From: an uncultured Gammaproteobacteria bacterium
GTDB lineage: Bacteria > Patescibacteriota > Microgenomatia > UBA8517
Direction of reading: 5' to 3'
Assembly (NCBI GenBank): GCA_964600575.1
Contig: CAZRJH010000001.1
Span: 28,651-92,650 of the forward strand
Length of the DNA: 64,000 nucleotides
The position numbers were made by a program, and so were the translations under genes. Below the pieces are notes generated by a model. The model was not told the origin of the DNA. It saw nothing but the letters and a program-made list of their open reading frames with translations, and did no database searches. Numbering within the stretch: position 1 is the stretch's first letter; every line of letters starts with the position of its first letter. This document shows positions 37,616 through 46,621 of the stretch, piece after piece.

Positions 37616-38074
37616 ATGGAATCAAAAACACAGCGCTCTTCCAGACAAGTAATTGAACTAGATACAAATTACTTGGAAAGTACAACAGGTGCGGCTGTGG
37701 AGAGAATTAAAGGAGTTGTTGTTTTTACAGTTGATAACAGCAACAAAGATTCTTCAATTAAGGCTATTGCAAGTGTTTACGGGGATCAAACTTTGTTTAG
37801 AATAATAAACCCCATCTTTATTGATGACGCCTTGGAGCATGGAACAGATAGGGCTGATATTGATTCTTCGGACTTTAGACGACTTTTTCCTTGGTCTGGT
37901 TTGGATGTATGGCAGGTAGAAAAGAAGGCTACCAGGATGGGTGTTAAAAAATCAGATGTTATATTTGCTGATCCTTATAAGTTGGTAATAAAAGAAACTT
38001 CGTTGTTTGACGGCGAGGGGTGGCCCACCCCAGAGATAGATTTGCGGTTCTTATATATGATTCTGGGCAACTAA
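37616..38074 (+). CDS. Hypothetical protein (possible 5' half of a frameshifted gene)
   Basis: ATG 4 nt after the DUF2130 stop; overlaps next ORF by 55 nt. Confidence 0.55.
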   Translation: MESKTQRSSRQVIELDTNYLESTTGAAVERIKGVVVFTVDNSNKDSSIKAIASVYGDQTLFRIINPIFIDDALEHGTDRADIDSSDFRRLFPWSGLDVWQVEKKATRMGVKKSDVIFADPYKLVIKETSLFDGEGWPTPEIDLRFLYMILGN

Positions 38075-38628
38075 GAGAGTTGCCACGAACCGACGGATAC
38101 GTTTTCAAAAATCCGAACAATAAAAAAGCAGCACTTATCGGCATAATTAAGATTACAGAAGTTAGAAATAAAATTGACGATTTGGTGGATTCTCAAAAAA
38201 CTATAGACGGTAAATTGAGAGTTCTAGAGCGCGAAATTGAACATGAGTTAAATGTTCACGAAGATAAAAAGGTAATCCCTTACCTTGCATATCATGTAAA
38301 CAAACTTTTATATCATTTATACAAAGGTAAGCCCGAAGCCGGAAATGTAAGATACATAAAAAGACTTGGAGACATGGCCAAGAGAGTGGGTGAAAGAGTA
38401 AGAGCGATTGACTTTAATAAGAACATGCAGGACCAACTTGAGTACACCAAGCTTGCTTTTCTTAACAATGACAGACAGAGAATGTTTACACACGCCACTT
38501 GGCCCGATTTTGTAATCGAAACCATAAACCAACATAAAAAACAGAAAAAGGTGGAACCAAAAGACTTGAAAATATTAGACGAGATTTTGGAAGAAGCTAA
38601 ACTTGTTAAAAAACAGTTTGGGATTTAG
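38020..38628 (+). CDS. Hypothetical protein (possible 3' half of a frameshifted gene)
   Basis: 202-aa ORF with no convincing start signal. Confidence 0.55.
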   Translation: MAHPRDRFAVLIYDSGQLRELPRTDGYVFKNPNNKKAALIGIIKITEVRNKIDDLVDSQKTIDGKLRVLEREIEHELNVHEDKKVIPYLAYHVNKLLYHLYKGKPEAGNVRYIKRLGDMAKRVGERVRAIDFNKNMQDQLEYTKLAFLNNDRQRMFTHATWPDFVIETINQHKKQKKVEPKDLKILDEILEEAKLVKKQFGI

Positions 38629-38674
38629 TCACCGACTCCAGCTCCTTCTGCCAATGACCATTTGTGGTGATATA

Positions 38675-38938
38675 TTACGAACCGTTTCGATCTTTCCAAT
38701 TCCACCACTTTAATAGTTCCTGTCTGGGATTTTTGGTTTCTGCAAAATAAACCGCACATCTAAAAACATATAAAACACACCTGTCTACATGTGCGCCCAC
38801 TCTGTTCATAAGAGCCTTATACATAATCTCCGGGTTTTTACCTTTTAAGTCCTCTATTTTTTTAATTCCTATGCTTTTTAAGTCTTTTGCAATACTTTTA
38901 CCTACTCCGGGGATTTTCTGAAGAGGATCAAGGTTCAT
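38675..38938 (-). CDS. Helix-hairpin-helix Cdd1/pathogenicity-locus family protein
   Basis: LQKIPGVGKSIAKDL..GI, DRCVLYVFRCAVYFA, KWWNWKD. Confidence 0.85.
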   Translation of the reverse strand: MNLDPLQKIPGVGKSIAKDLKSIGIKKIEDLKGKNPEIMYKALMNRVGAHVDRCVLYVFRCAVYFAETKNPRQELLKWWNWKDRNGS

Positions 38939-38999
38939 TTTTAAAAGTTTGAAGATTCTAACATAAAATTTAGGAATTATTTGACCCGAATCGTATAAT

Positions 39000-39722
39000 A
39001 TGGCCATGAACGAACAAAAAGGTGGAAGAGACTTTGGAACGGGTACTTTCTTGGGTGATAACGGGCAAGACTTTTTTTCTAAACCCATAGAAGTCCAAGT
39101 GGAAGAAATGGGTTGGTCTCATGCCTGCCCTGTTGTTGATGAAGTTGTGTCTAAACACGGCGCCGAATGGACCCTTAAAAGATACGCAGAATGCAATTTT
39201 GTTTACGGGGTTATATTAGAAACAGCCCAAAAGTTTAACCCAAACTTGTATCAAAGACTAACGGAACCTGTAAAACGCATGGTGTCGGAGGTTCCCGGCA
39301 GAAGTTTTAATATGCGTTTTATTCCCCAAGACTTTCCCAAAGAAATGTCTCCGCTTTCCACACCATGGGGATATGCACTACCTAGGGTGATTATAGAAGA
39401 AATGGGCAGAGGCGAGAATAATAAAGATAGAACGGAGCTTAGAATCTTAAGAGCTCTAAGCATTATAGAAAGTGGTGTCAAAAAGTCCAAATCGCCCGTT
39501 GAGCTTTTAGTTAGAACCGCAGAAATGGTTACACACTTGGACGCAGACCCCAAAACAGTGCTTTCCCATGTTTTGTCTCAAGGAATTTTAGAAGAAGAAG
39601 GAACAAAGATTGCTTTTGGAGAGATAAAAAGGAGAATCGGTCAATGGGCCCCAAACCTCAAAAAAACCTATGATTCAATGACAAGCGAAGAAAGAATCGA
39701 GTTGGGCATAATAAACTTCTAA
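39000..39722 (+). CDS. Hypothetical protein
   Basis: 240-aa ORF; TATAAT directly upstream (true start may be the second ATG at 39006). Confidence 0.75.
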   Translation: MAMNEQKGGRDFGTGTFLGDNGQDFFSKPIEVQVEEMGWSHACPVVDEVVSKHGAEWTLKRYAECNFVYGVILETAQKFNPNLYQRLTEPVKRMVSEVPGRSFNMRFIPQDFPKEMSPLSTPWGYALPRVIIEEMGRGENNKDRTELRILRALSIIESGVKKSKSPVELLVRTAEMVTHLDADPKTVLSHVLSQGILEEEGTKIAFGEIKRRIGQWAPNLKKTYDSMTSEERIELGIINF

Positions 39723-39742
39723 CGGGTGTATAATACCAACAT

Positions 39743-40630
39743 ATGACAGAATCCAAGCAGAGCGACGGTATGCTTTTCTATGCTACAGAAAAGTCCAGAC
39801 CCGAAAATGATGCGCGAGCCCAACAAATGCTGGCCACGCTTAGAAGTTTTGATCAAAGGCCATACCCCAGGCAGGATGGTGATCCTGATCTTTCGGTTTT
39901 GATAGCCGAAATTCCTCAAACGGGTTGGTTAACAAACAACGAGTTTAGTGAGTATAGGATAGGCAAGAACACCCTAATCAGAATTGACAGCGATGGGGTA
40001 ACCCACGCTCTTAATCCGCTAGACCACCCCGAAGGGGCCTTTAACTATGCACGCTTAGAAAAAGACTTGCCAACATCAAAGTCCAAAAAACGAAGCAAGG
40101 AAGTGGTGACAAACATTCACTGTGATCCCGGGAAGTTTAGTTATGTCACCGTTTTAGATAAAAAGAATACGGAAACCAGATACACGCTAATTCCTAAAAA
40201 GGTCGAAGATAGGCCAAAAGTTGAAGAAAAGAAAATAAGAAAAGAGGATTCGGAAGTTAGGCAAATATTTAGAATTTGGGTTTCTGACTTATTTAAAAAT
40301 ACCACCAGTAATCCCGAGGCTGCTAACTATCTAACTTTAGCCTATATTTTGGGTTCGGTTCCAAAAGAAGGGTGGACGGACAATGAAAATGATGATAAAG
40401 AAATTAGAAACGATTATTCCAATACGGATAGCGAAGGAAATATTCACAGGGTGGTGGTTAAAAAAGACGGCACTCTTAAATACGATGTTCATAGAACCAA
40501 AAAATATCTGGAGGAACATTCAAAACCGGGAGATATTGTGGTATCAAATATTGAAACATCGATGAAAAAATGTGATGTTGAAATCTTGCACTCTGGGGAA
40601 CCAAAGTCGGTTTCTTTTGAACTAGGGTAA
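39743..40630 (+). CDS. Hypothetical protein with two internal repeats
   Basis: IPQTGW/VPKEGW, IDSDGVTH/TDSEGNIH, VVTNI/VVSNI. Confidence 0.75.
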   Translation: MTESKQSDGMLFYATEKSRPENDARAQQMLATLRSFDQRPYPRQDGDPDLSVLIAEIPQTGWLTNNEFSEYRIGKNTLIRIDSDGVTHALNPLDHPEGAFNYARLEKDLPTSKSKKRSKEVVTNIHCDPGKFSYVTVLDKKNTETRYTLIPKKVEDRPKVEEKKIRKEDSEVRQIFRIWVSDLFKNTTSNPEAANYLTLAYILGSVPKEGWTDNENDDKEIRNDYSNTDSEGNIHRVVVKKDGTLKYDVHRTKKYLEEHSKPGDIVVSNIETSMKKCDVEILHSGEPKSVSFELG

Positions 40631-40631
40631 A

Positions 40632-41822
40632 TTATTTTAGAGCTACCACAAGCCCCTTTTTGGGTAAAACCAGACCTACTTCTTTTGCAGTTTTATAACC
40701 TCCGTCAACTGCTAGGATACGATCTTGAGTATCTGTAAGTGCAAACGTTTTTCCACCGTCTATTGCGGTGTAGATGCCCTTTGACTCAACTTCGGCATCT
40801 GCCAAATTTTGTATTTGATATTCCCATGTCATAGGCATCAATTTAGACATCCAAAGATCGGATTTAACGGAGTCCGGAATCGGCATCGATCCCATGCTGG
40901 TTTCTACAACAACTGTTTTGCCGTTAACGGGCATGGAATCCAGGTTTTTTTGAAAGTTTTTAGTTGTTCCATCCGAAGCAAAATAATATTTTGCATTCGA
41001 CAAATACACCAAAGATAGAGAAAGTTTCCTTTTTCTTAGATCATCTGCGATACCCGGCATACTCTTTTTGCCCGTAAGATCGCCCATTACGGAGACGATT
41101 TTACCGTTCTCATACATTGTGATTATTTGTTGCAAGTTTTTTTCGTCCGAAATCCAAGACTTGTAGTCTTTTTGTCTATTTTTGAACTTTAAATAGTGTT
41201 CTACTTGTGCAGGGGAGTCGGCTTCGGTGGTTTTCTCACCCGAGGCTTTAACCTTGTCTGTTAGGGTTTTGCCAAGTATGTTCAGTTCGTCTTTGGTGAA
41301 CTCTGTGCTTAGCATCTGCAAGGTTGCAGGAACATTTCTTTGATCAAAATAAGCAATATATTCTTTTGGTGTGGGGTATTTACCTGATAGCTTGTGGTGT
41401 TTTCTGCCGATTTCCAATAGAGCCCTTGTAGTAATTGCTACCGACGGCTGAACATCTACAATGTAAACTTCTTTAAGCTTTGAGTTAACTGCAATGTCCA
41501 GCATCTGGTCTAACCCCACCCCCATTCCCGCACCGTCGGAATCTTTGATATAGGGAAAAACTTCATATAATGATGCTTCGTTGGAAACCGTATTGTGGGA
41601 GACTTCTAAATGTTCTTTGGGGTCATCATAATCTTTTTTGCCGAAGATGGGGGATCTTTCCTTGTTTTTTTTTAAACCTTCAGAGAGTTTATAGATATGT
41701 GTTTGTTTTTCTTCGTCCAAAACCGTTTTTGCGGCCTCTTTTGCACCCGCTTGCCTTAGTTCCGACAAATTTCTGGCTAAATTGTTCCTATATTCTTGTG
41801 TAGGTGTTTCTGTTTCTGCCAT
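40632..41822 (-). CDS. Hypothetical protein, methyltransferase-like fold (LIC_10091-like motifs)
   Basis: VSNE, GMGVGLDQ, YIVDV, GDLTG, VYLSNA; family recalled from memory, not searched. Confidence 0.6.
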   Translation of the reverse strand: MAETETPTQEYRNNLARNLSELRQAGAKEAAKTVLDEEKQTHIYKLSEGLKKNKERSPIFGKKDYDDPKEHLEVSHNTVSNEASLYEVFPYIKDSDGAGMGVGLDQMLDIAVNSKLKEVYIVDVQPSVAITTRALLEIGRKHHKLSGKYPTPKEYIAYFDQRNVPATLQMLSTEFTKDELNILGKTLTDKVKASGEKTTEADSPAQVEHYLKFKNRQKDYKSWISDEKNLQQIITMYENGKIVSVMGDLTGKKSMPGIADDLRKRKLSLSLVYLSNAKYYFASDGTTKNFQKNLDSMPVNGKTVVVETSMGSMPIPDSVKSDLWMSKLMPMTWEYQIQNLADAEVESKGIYTAIDGGKTFALTDTQDRILAVDGGYKTAKEVGLVLPKKGLVVALK

Positions 41823-41855
41823 TTAGTAGATACTAGCACTTTAGAAATATTTTTT

Positions 41856-42302
41856 TTAAGAAGAAATATAAGGGAGCATTAAATTAAATAAACGATCGTT
41901 CGTTAAAAGTTGTCGCATTATGTTTGTATTACGCTCTTCTGCTTTACCCAAAAACGTCCACAACGGATCTTTATCGTTCATTACACTTTCTTGTACAGCT
42001 TGGAACAGTTCTCCGTTTAATTTTCCGGACTCCGCCGCTTCTTCTAGTGCGCGATAAGCCAAAATATAAGTAGCTCCTGTGGGTATTGTTTTGTGTGCTC
42101 TTTGAAAAACAGTACTCAAAGTTTCTTGGGTTAGTTCGCCAGACCTAACCAATGTACGAACAGCCAAAGAACAACTTGCGATTTCTTCCCCAAAGCCCAT
42201 TAGGTTCCTGGATTCCGCAAATTGTGCATTGAATTCTTTTATTTGCTCTTCTGCAGAAGAATTTGATTCATCAAATTCTTGGGGAAATTCGTGTTTAGAC
42301 AT
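41856..42302 (-). CDS. Hypothetical protein
   Basis: 148-aa ORF; TGn-TATACT 7 nt before ATG. Confidence 0.7.
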   Translation of the reverse strand: MSKHEFPQEFDESNSSAEEQIKEFNAQFAESRNLMGFGEEIASCSLAVRTLVRSGELTQETLSTVFQRAHKTIPTGATYILAYRALEEAAESGKLNGELFQAVQESVMNDKDPLWTFLGKAEERNTNIMRQLLTNDRLFNLMLPYISS

Positions 42303-42467
42303 TTGGGGAAGTATAACATTTTTGTAAAAGTGTAAAAGTCGGTTTGATTCTTGCTGTGAGTGGTATACTCGAGCTACCGAATGGTCTCTTTGATAAACGT
42401 ACCTTTTAAGGGAGCTGATGGCACATTGTGATCCATCTTAGCCACAGGGATCGTTTTTAAAAATATT

Positions 42468-43037
42468 ATGTGTCATTTATCTGCAAATTTTTTGAGTGAT
42501 TTTTGGCCAAATTTTTGGTCGAACTTAATAGCAGATGGTTTAATTATTGGAGTTGCAACGTTTTTACTTACAAGGCACTTTAGCAAAAAGGATGAAAAAC
42601 AAAAAGAAATAGCCAAAGAAAGCGAAAGAAGAGAAAAACTAAAAATTGCCGCTAATATGCTATGGGCTGAAGTAGAACACAACAGAAAACAACTTAAACT
42701 AATAATATCTAACTTAAGCCAAAGACCAAAACCAAACATTGTGTATCCAGCTTTAGAAGTGTCAGCCTGGGAAATTATTGATAGGCAACTCTTAATTGAT
42801 GGTCTCAAACTAAAGGATTTTGCAAATCTTCACAAGATTTATAACAGAACATACACCATTAATAAGATGTATTACACCATGCTAGATAAAATTGAATGGA
42901 TTCTGTTAGGAAAAGATTCAACAGTTAGAAAAGAATACGTGGATGGAATTATTGAACGTTCCAAAGAATTATTGGAATACATTGGGGAGGTGTTTCCCAC
43001 CGAGTTCATCAAGGAAAAGATGAAAAATAAGAAATAG
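42468..43037 (+). CDS. AT-rich membrane-anchored hypothetical protein
   Basis: N-terminal TM, E...N helix; next to the tRNA-Gly 3' end. Confidence 0.72.
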   Translation: MCHLSANFLSDFWPNFWSNLIADGLIIGVATFLLTRHFSKKDEKQKEIAKESERREKLKIAANMLWAEVEHNRKQLKLIISNLSQRPKPNIVYPALEVSAWEIIDRQLLIDGLKLKDFANLHKIYNRTYTINKMYYTMLDKIEWILLGKDSTVRKEYVDGIIERSKELLEYIGEVFPTEFIKEKMKNKK

Positions 43038-43164
43038 GTCCGACTCCAGTTGCCAGTATCTAAATTCTCCAGGCTAACTCCAAAAAACGAAAAAACCTGG
43101 CTCGCACCAGGCTAAATCTTGATTTCTAGGCTAATTTTAATGAAGTTGTAAAACCATTACCGTA

Positions 43165-43238
43165 TGGAGCGGGATACGGGAGTCGGACCCGTTTTTATAC
43201 CTTGGGAAGGTATCGTTAGACCGTTTAACTAATCCCGC
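43165..43238 (-). tRNA. tRNA-Gly(CCC)
   Basis: Reverse complement GCGGGAT...ATACC-TTCCCAA-GGTAT...ACGGG-TCCGACT-CCCGT-ATCCCGC-TCCA. Confidence 0.9.
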
Positions 43239-43282
43239 GTTAAAAGGTGATTATACCATTCGAATTTTTGCACAGCCAAAAT

Positions 43283-43534
43283 TTATTTATTTTTGAGTTG
43301 GTCAAAATAGTCCTGCGAGATAACGCCTTCTTTAACAAGAGTTTTGAGCACTCTTCTTGCGGATTTGTGGATTGCGGGGATATCACTTCTAAATGCAGTT
43401 TCCACTTCCGTAAGACCTTCGCGGAAAGGCTTTCCACCCATATGATATAGCTTTCCTATTTTTTTGACGGTTACAAAATCAACTCCTGTAAACTGAGAAT
43501 CCCCTTCGTTGCCTATGTTTCCATTTTCAGCCAT
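43283..43534 (-). CDS. Small hypothetical protein
   Basis: 83 aa; TAGAAT 5 nt before ATG. Confidence 0.62.
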   Translation of the reverse strand: MAENGNIGNEGDSQFTGVDFVTVKKIGKLYHMGGKPFREGLTEVETAFRSDIPAIHKSARRVLKTLVKEGVISQDYFDQLKNK

Positions 43535-43549
43535 ACAACATTCTAAACT

Positions 43550-44161
43550 TTATTTTGTAACTCTTACAAGATATGTTAGCCATGAATGTGCAGGAGTTCC
43601 TGTTGTGATTTTTTGACTCAAAATATCAAAACCGTTAACGGATAAAATTTCAACAAATTCTTTTTGGCTGTAGTAGCGAAAATAATACCCTGTTTTTGGG
43701 TCGATTCCGTCGCCTTCGCCTTCTTTTACACTTATAAAACCGACGCCTTTGTTTTTCGTGACACGTACAATCTCTCCAAGTGTCGGCTTTGGATTTTCTA
43801 AATGCAAAAGCGCAGCAGATGCCCAAAAACCGTCGAAACTGTTTTCGGCATATGCCATATTCTGCATATTCATTCGCAACAACAAAGACTCCGGGTTTAG
43901 TTCTTTGGCGATACCAAGCATTGTCTTTGAATAATCAAAAGACAAAACACGATAACCGACATTTTTAAGATATGTTCCGTCGGTTGCAGGACCGCAACCG
44001 ATTTCCAATATCTTGGATCCGGGTAAAAGATAACCTTGCATTTCTATAAGGTTTTCGGCCCAAAAATGCTTTCTATCTTTACCTCCAGAAAACTTTAACC
44101 ACTCCAAAGCCTTTTCGTCGTAACGAACTTTTGTTAGATGTTCGTTTTCCGTTAGACTCAT
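43550..44161 (-). CDS. Class I SAM-dependent methyltransferase
   Basis: ILEIGCGP, FDGFWASAALLHL. Confidence 0.9.
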   Translation of the reverse strand: MSLTENEHLTKVRYDEKALEWLKFSGGKDRKHFWAENLIEMQGYLLPGSKILEIGCGPATDGTYLKNVGYRVLSFDYSKTMLGIAKELNPESLLLRMNMQNMAYAENSFDGFWASAALLHLENPKPTLGEIVRVTKNKGVGFISVKEGEGDGIDPKTGYYFRYYSQKEFVEILSVNGFDILSQKITTGTPAHSWLTYLVRVTK

Positions 44162-44164
44162 TTA

Positions 44165-44704
44165 CTATCTAGGTAATGTTAAAACGTTCCCAACATGCAA
44201 CAAATTGGGATTAACCAACTTATTAGCTTTTGCAATTTCTACCCATTTATAACCGTCTCCGTATGACCTTACTGCTATTTTCCAAAGGCTGTCACCTTTT
44301 TCGATGGTGTAAGAATTTTGAGAAATCGCTGATGTTTTATCTAAAACTGAAACTACTTTTGTAGCGGTAGGTTTTTTGGCTGAGACTTCTGGAATGGTTA
44401 GCTTTTGTCCAACTTCCAGTTTTTGACTGGTTAGTTTGTTAGCAGAATAAATGTCAACCCAGTTGTATCCGGATCCGTAAGAATCTTCCGCTATAGACCA
44501 AAGTGTTTCCCCCTTTGTAACTACATGATCGCTGGTTATCTCGGTTTTAGAATTATTATTGGTTATTATTTCTCCTTTTTTATCTTTAAAGTAATTAACA
44601 ACTAAAACTCCGGTAACAATTACTACCAACGCACCCAAAAACATGCTGATTTCACTTTCGTTAAGCTTTAGGGTTTTGAGGAACTTTTGTAAATTAAATT
44701 TCAA
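44165..44704 (-). CDS. Membrane-anchored protein with two LysM domains
   Basis: HVVTKGETLWSIA..YG..W..I..AN and YTIEKGDSLWKIA..YG..W..IA.AN. Confidence 0.92.
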   Translation of the reverse strand: MKFNLQKFLKTLKLNESEISMFLGALVVIVTGVLVVNYFKDKKGEIITNNNSKTEITSDHVVTKGETLWSIAEDSYGSGYNWVDIYSANKLTSQKLEVGQKLTIPEVSAKKPTATKVVSVLDKTSAISQNSYTIEKGDSLWKIAVRSYGDGYKWVEIAKANKLVNPNLLHVGNVLTLPR

Positions 44705-44811
44705 ATAAATTCACCGCCTTTCGCCTTCGATTATGTTTGGGAGGTGAACAGGGCAGTTTCGAATTAGTTGAATTTACTGGAGGGAAGTTGCTCCGTCAAG
44801 GGGATTTTGAA

Positions 44812-44852
44812 AAATAAAAAACCTCCGGTTGGATTTGATTCCTTCCGGAGGC
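44812..44852 (-). terminator. Intrinsic terminator of accessory operon G
   Basis: Reverse complement GCCTCCGG...CCGGAGGT followed by TTTTATTTTT. Confidence 0.75.
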
Positions 44853-44856
44853 AGAC

Positions 44857-45057
44857 TTACGATTCGCGATAAAGCGAATAACCTTCCCGTTTTTCGTACA
44901 AAACATCAGTTTCGTTTGGTCCGACCTGGCAATCGTCTACAATCACATATGCTTTTGGTGTGATTGCTGCAATCTCCATCGCTGTGTCGAAAGGTAACTT
45001 TATGAGTTTTGCACAATCAAACGATTCACATTCGCAGAATACTTCGATTGTTTCCAT
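44857..45057 (-). CDS. Small CEC-x4-C putative metal-binding protein, paralog 2
   Basis: METIEVFCECESFDC...VIVDDC..GP..TD..EGY; GGAG upstream. Confidence 0.72.
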   Translation of the reverse strand: METIEVFCECESFDCAKLIKLPFDTAMEIAAITPKAYVIVDDCQVGPNETDVLYEKREGYSLYRES

Positions 45058-45274
45058 CGAACTCTTTCTCCGTTTGGTTTCTGATGTAAACGGTATACCC
45101 GTCACCTTCCGAGGACAGAGTATCGGTTGCTTTGGGACCCGTTACGCATTCGTCGATGATGACAGTTGCCCCGGCAACAGTTGTAATTTCCTGCACAAGG
45201 TCAACCGAGAGTCTCACCGAAAGTTTGCATTCGGGGTCGCCGCACTCGCATATCACATTGATTGTTGAAACCAT
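45026..45274 (-). CDS. Small CEC-x4-C putative metal-binding protein, paralog 1
   Basis: TINVICECGDPEC...VIIDEC..GP..TD..DGY; AAGGAG SD. Confidence 0.75.
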   Translation of the reverse strand: MVSTINVICECGDPECKLSVRLSVDLVQEITTVAGATVIIDECVTGPKATDTLSSEGDGYTVYIRNQTEKEFDGNNRSILRM

Positions 45275-45297
45275 TGGTGCTCCTTAGAAAATGTTTT

Positions 45298-45612
45298 TCA
45301 CGAGGTTTCGCTCATGTTATCGGATGGATAGAGGTTGTAGGTTATCGTTCCGCTTAAAAATTCTTTGCCGCTTGCAGGCTTGAATGTCGCGGTAACGGCG
45401 CCGTTGTGGTTTCCGTTCTGGTCCCAGAGAAGGGAGTTGAAAGTGTGGGTATTGTCGGTGATCGAATGTTCAGAACATCCGCGCAATATCACTTTCACCT
45501 GCTCTTCGCCCTCTTTGGCTAAAAAGTCGATGCTCTCTCCGCGAACCAAAAGTTTGTCCAGAAGGTCGACCCAAAGGTTGTCAAACTTAAGGGTTATGGT
45601 TCTGTAGCCCAT
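45298..45612 (-). CDS. Hypothetical protein (first gene of accessory operon G)
   Basis: 104 aa; AAGGAG SD. Confidence 0.72.
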   Translation of the reverse strand: MGYRTITLKFDNLWVDLLDKLLVRGESIDFLAKEGEEQVKVILRGCSEHSITDNTHTFNSLLWDQNGNHNGAVTATFKPASGKEFLSGTITYNLYPSDNMSETS

Positions 45613-45632
45613 TGTGAACTCCTTAAAACAAG

Positions 45633-45685
45633 AATGTGCTAACTCGTCAAGAGCAGATACTACACCGCCCCGTGGACGAGGTCAA
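45633..45685 (-). promoter_or_regulatory. Accessory-type leader: TTGACC-17-TAGTAT, GCACATT (no CCTATA)
   Basis: Read from the reverse complement. Confidence 0.65.
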
Positions 45686-46215
45686 ATTTTTGTAGAAGCA
45701 GCAACTATTCTCAATTTATCGTCTGTTGTTATATTTAGACACAAATCTTCTAGTTTGTCTCCTGTTTTAAGAGCCTCTTTTTCGATGTAGGTCCATAATC
45801 TTTGATTGGGTTTAGAAAGCAGCTTTTGTATTAGGGCTTCGGGTTTGATGGCCGCAAGCGCGATTCTAGAAACGCCGTTTTGGGGAACAACTGTCGTTTC
45901 GTTTTTTAGAACTAACAGCTCATTGTTTGCCTGACTGTTTTCGAAAATTATTTTTGAATTTAATTCTGCTGCAAAAGGAAATAGGACCAAGAGGTTGGAC
46001 ACAATTTCAAGATTTTTTGAGGCTATTGTTGCAGATACCGAATAGGCTGTTACTTTTAATGCCTGGTTGGCAGAAAATCCGTCATTTAAAGCTTTTTTAA
46101 AAAGATCTTCGATATTTTGGGAATCAAGCTCCACATCAAATCTGCCGTTTTTGTTTAGTTCAAACAGCATGGTTTCTATTAAATCTATCTTTGGAATATT
46201 TATTTCTTTAAACAT
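45682..46215 (-). CDS. Hypothetical protein
   Basis: 177-aa ORF with host-like AT content. Confidence 0.65.
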   Translation of the reverse strand: MFKEINIPKIDLIETMLFELNKNGRFDVELDSQNIEDLFKKALNDGFSANQALKVTAYSVSATIASKNLEIVSNLLVLFPFAAELNSKIIFENSQANNELLVLKNETTVVPQNGVSRIALAAIKPEALIQKLLSKPNQRLWTYIEKEALKTGDKLEDLCLNITTDDKLRIVAASTKI

Positions 46216-46219
46216 AGTT

Positions 46220-46258
46220 CAAAAAAAACGCCCGGCGGTTTTTGTGCCTCCAGGCGTG
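46220..46258 (-). terminator. Intrinsic terminator of accessory locus E
   Basis: Reverse complement ACGCCTGGAGG...CCGCCGGGCG plus a long T run. Confidence 0.7.
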
Positions 46259-46268
46259 CGGTTTTTTG

Positions 46269-46508
46269 TTATTTGCGAAATTGCTTGGCAATTTCGTAAA
46301 TGAACAGTGCGACTCCAATCATGGAAACCAAGCTGCCAAGGGCAAGCCCGGCCATTGCGCCGAGATGCCCTGCGAACATAAAGGCAAAGCTTTCGATGCC
46401 GCCTTCGATTGTTCGGTATGCGCCGACTCCCATGTTGATCAGGGCAAAAATAAAACTTCCGAAGCATATTACAGCTCCTGATATAAACACGATCAACGCT
46501 TGTTTCAT
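46269..46508 (-). CDS. Small two-TM Gly-rich membrane protein (accessory locus E)
   Basis: GGAGG SD; F..ALINM...F.GHLGAM. Confidence 0.75.
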   Translation of the reverse strand: MKQALIVFISGAVICFGSFIFALINMGVGAYRTIEGGIESFAFMFAGHLGAMAGLALGSLVSMIGVALFIYEIAKQFRK

Positions 46509-46535
46509 TCGAATCCTCCAATATAGAGTTGCAGT

Positions 46536-46591
46536 AACGTGCGACTAAGGCTATATTTTAGCAAAAGCAATTAAATTAATCTACCTATAGG
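46536..46591 (-). promoter_or_regulatory. Accessory-type leader: CCTATA, TAGATT-17-TAAAAT, GCACGTT
   Basis: Read from the reverse complement. Confidence 0.65.
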
Positions 46592-46621
46592 ATTAACTAT
46601 TTATTGTTATAATGGTTTAAT

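Noticed and set aside
42370-42430. Fluoride riboswitch-like TAAAC...GCTGATG segment
   Set aside because: The 5' GGnGATGGnGTTCnCC element and pseudoknot pairing are not convincing, and the downstream gene is not fluoride-related
43037-43047. 11-nt inverted match GGTCCGACTCC to the tRNA-Gly T-arm
   Set aside because: Short, and in the wrong orientation for an att duplication
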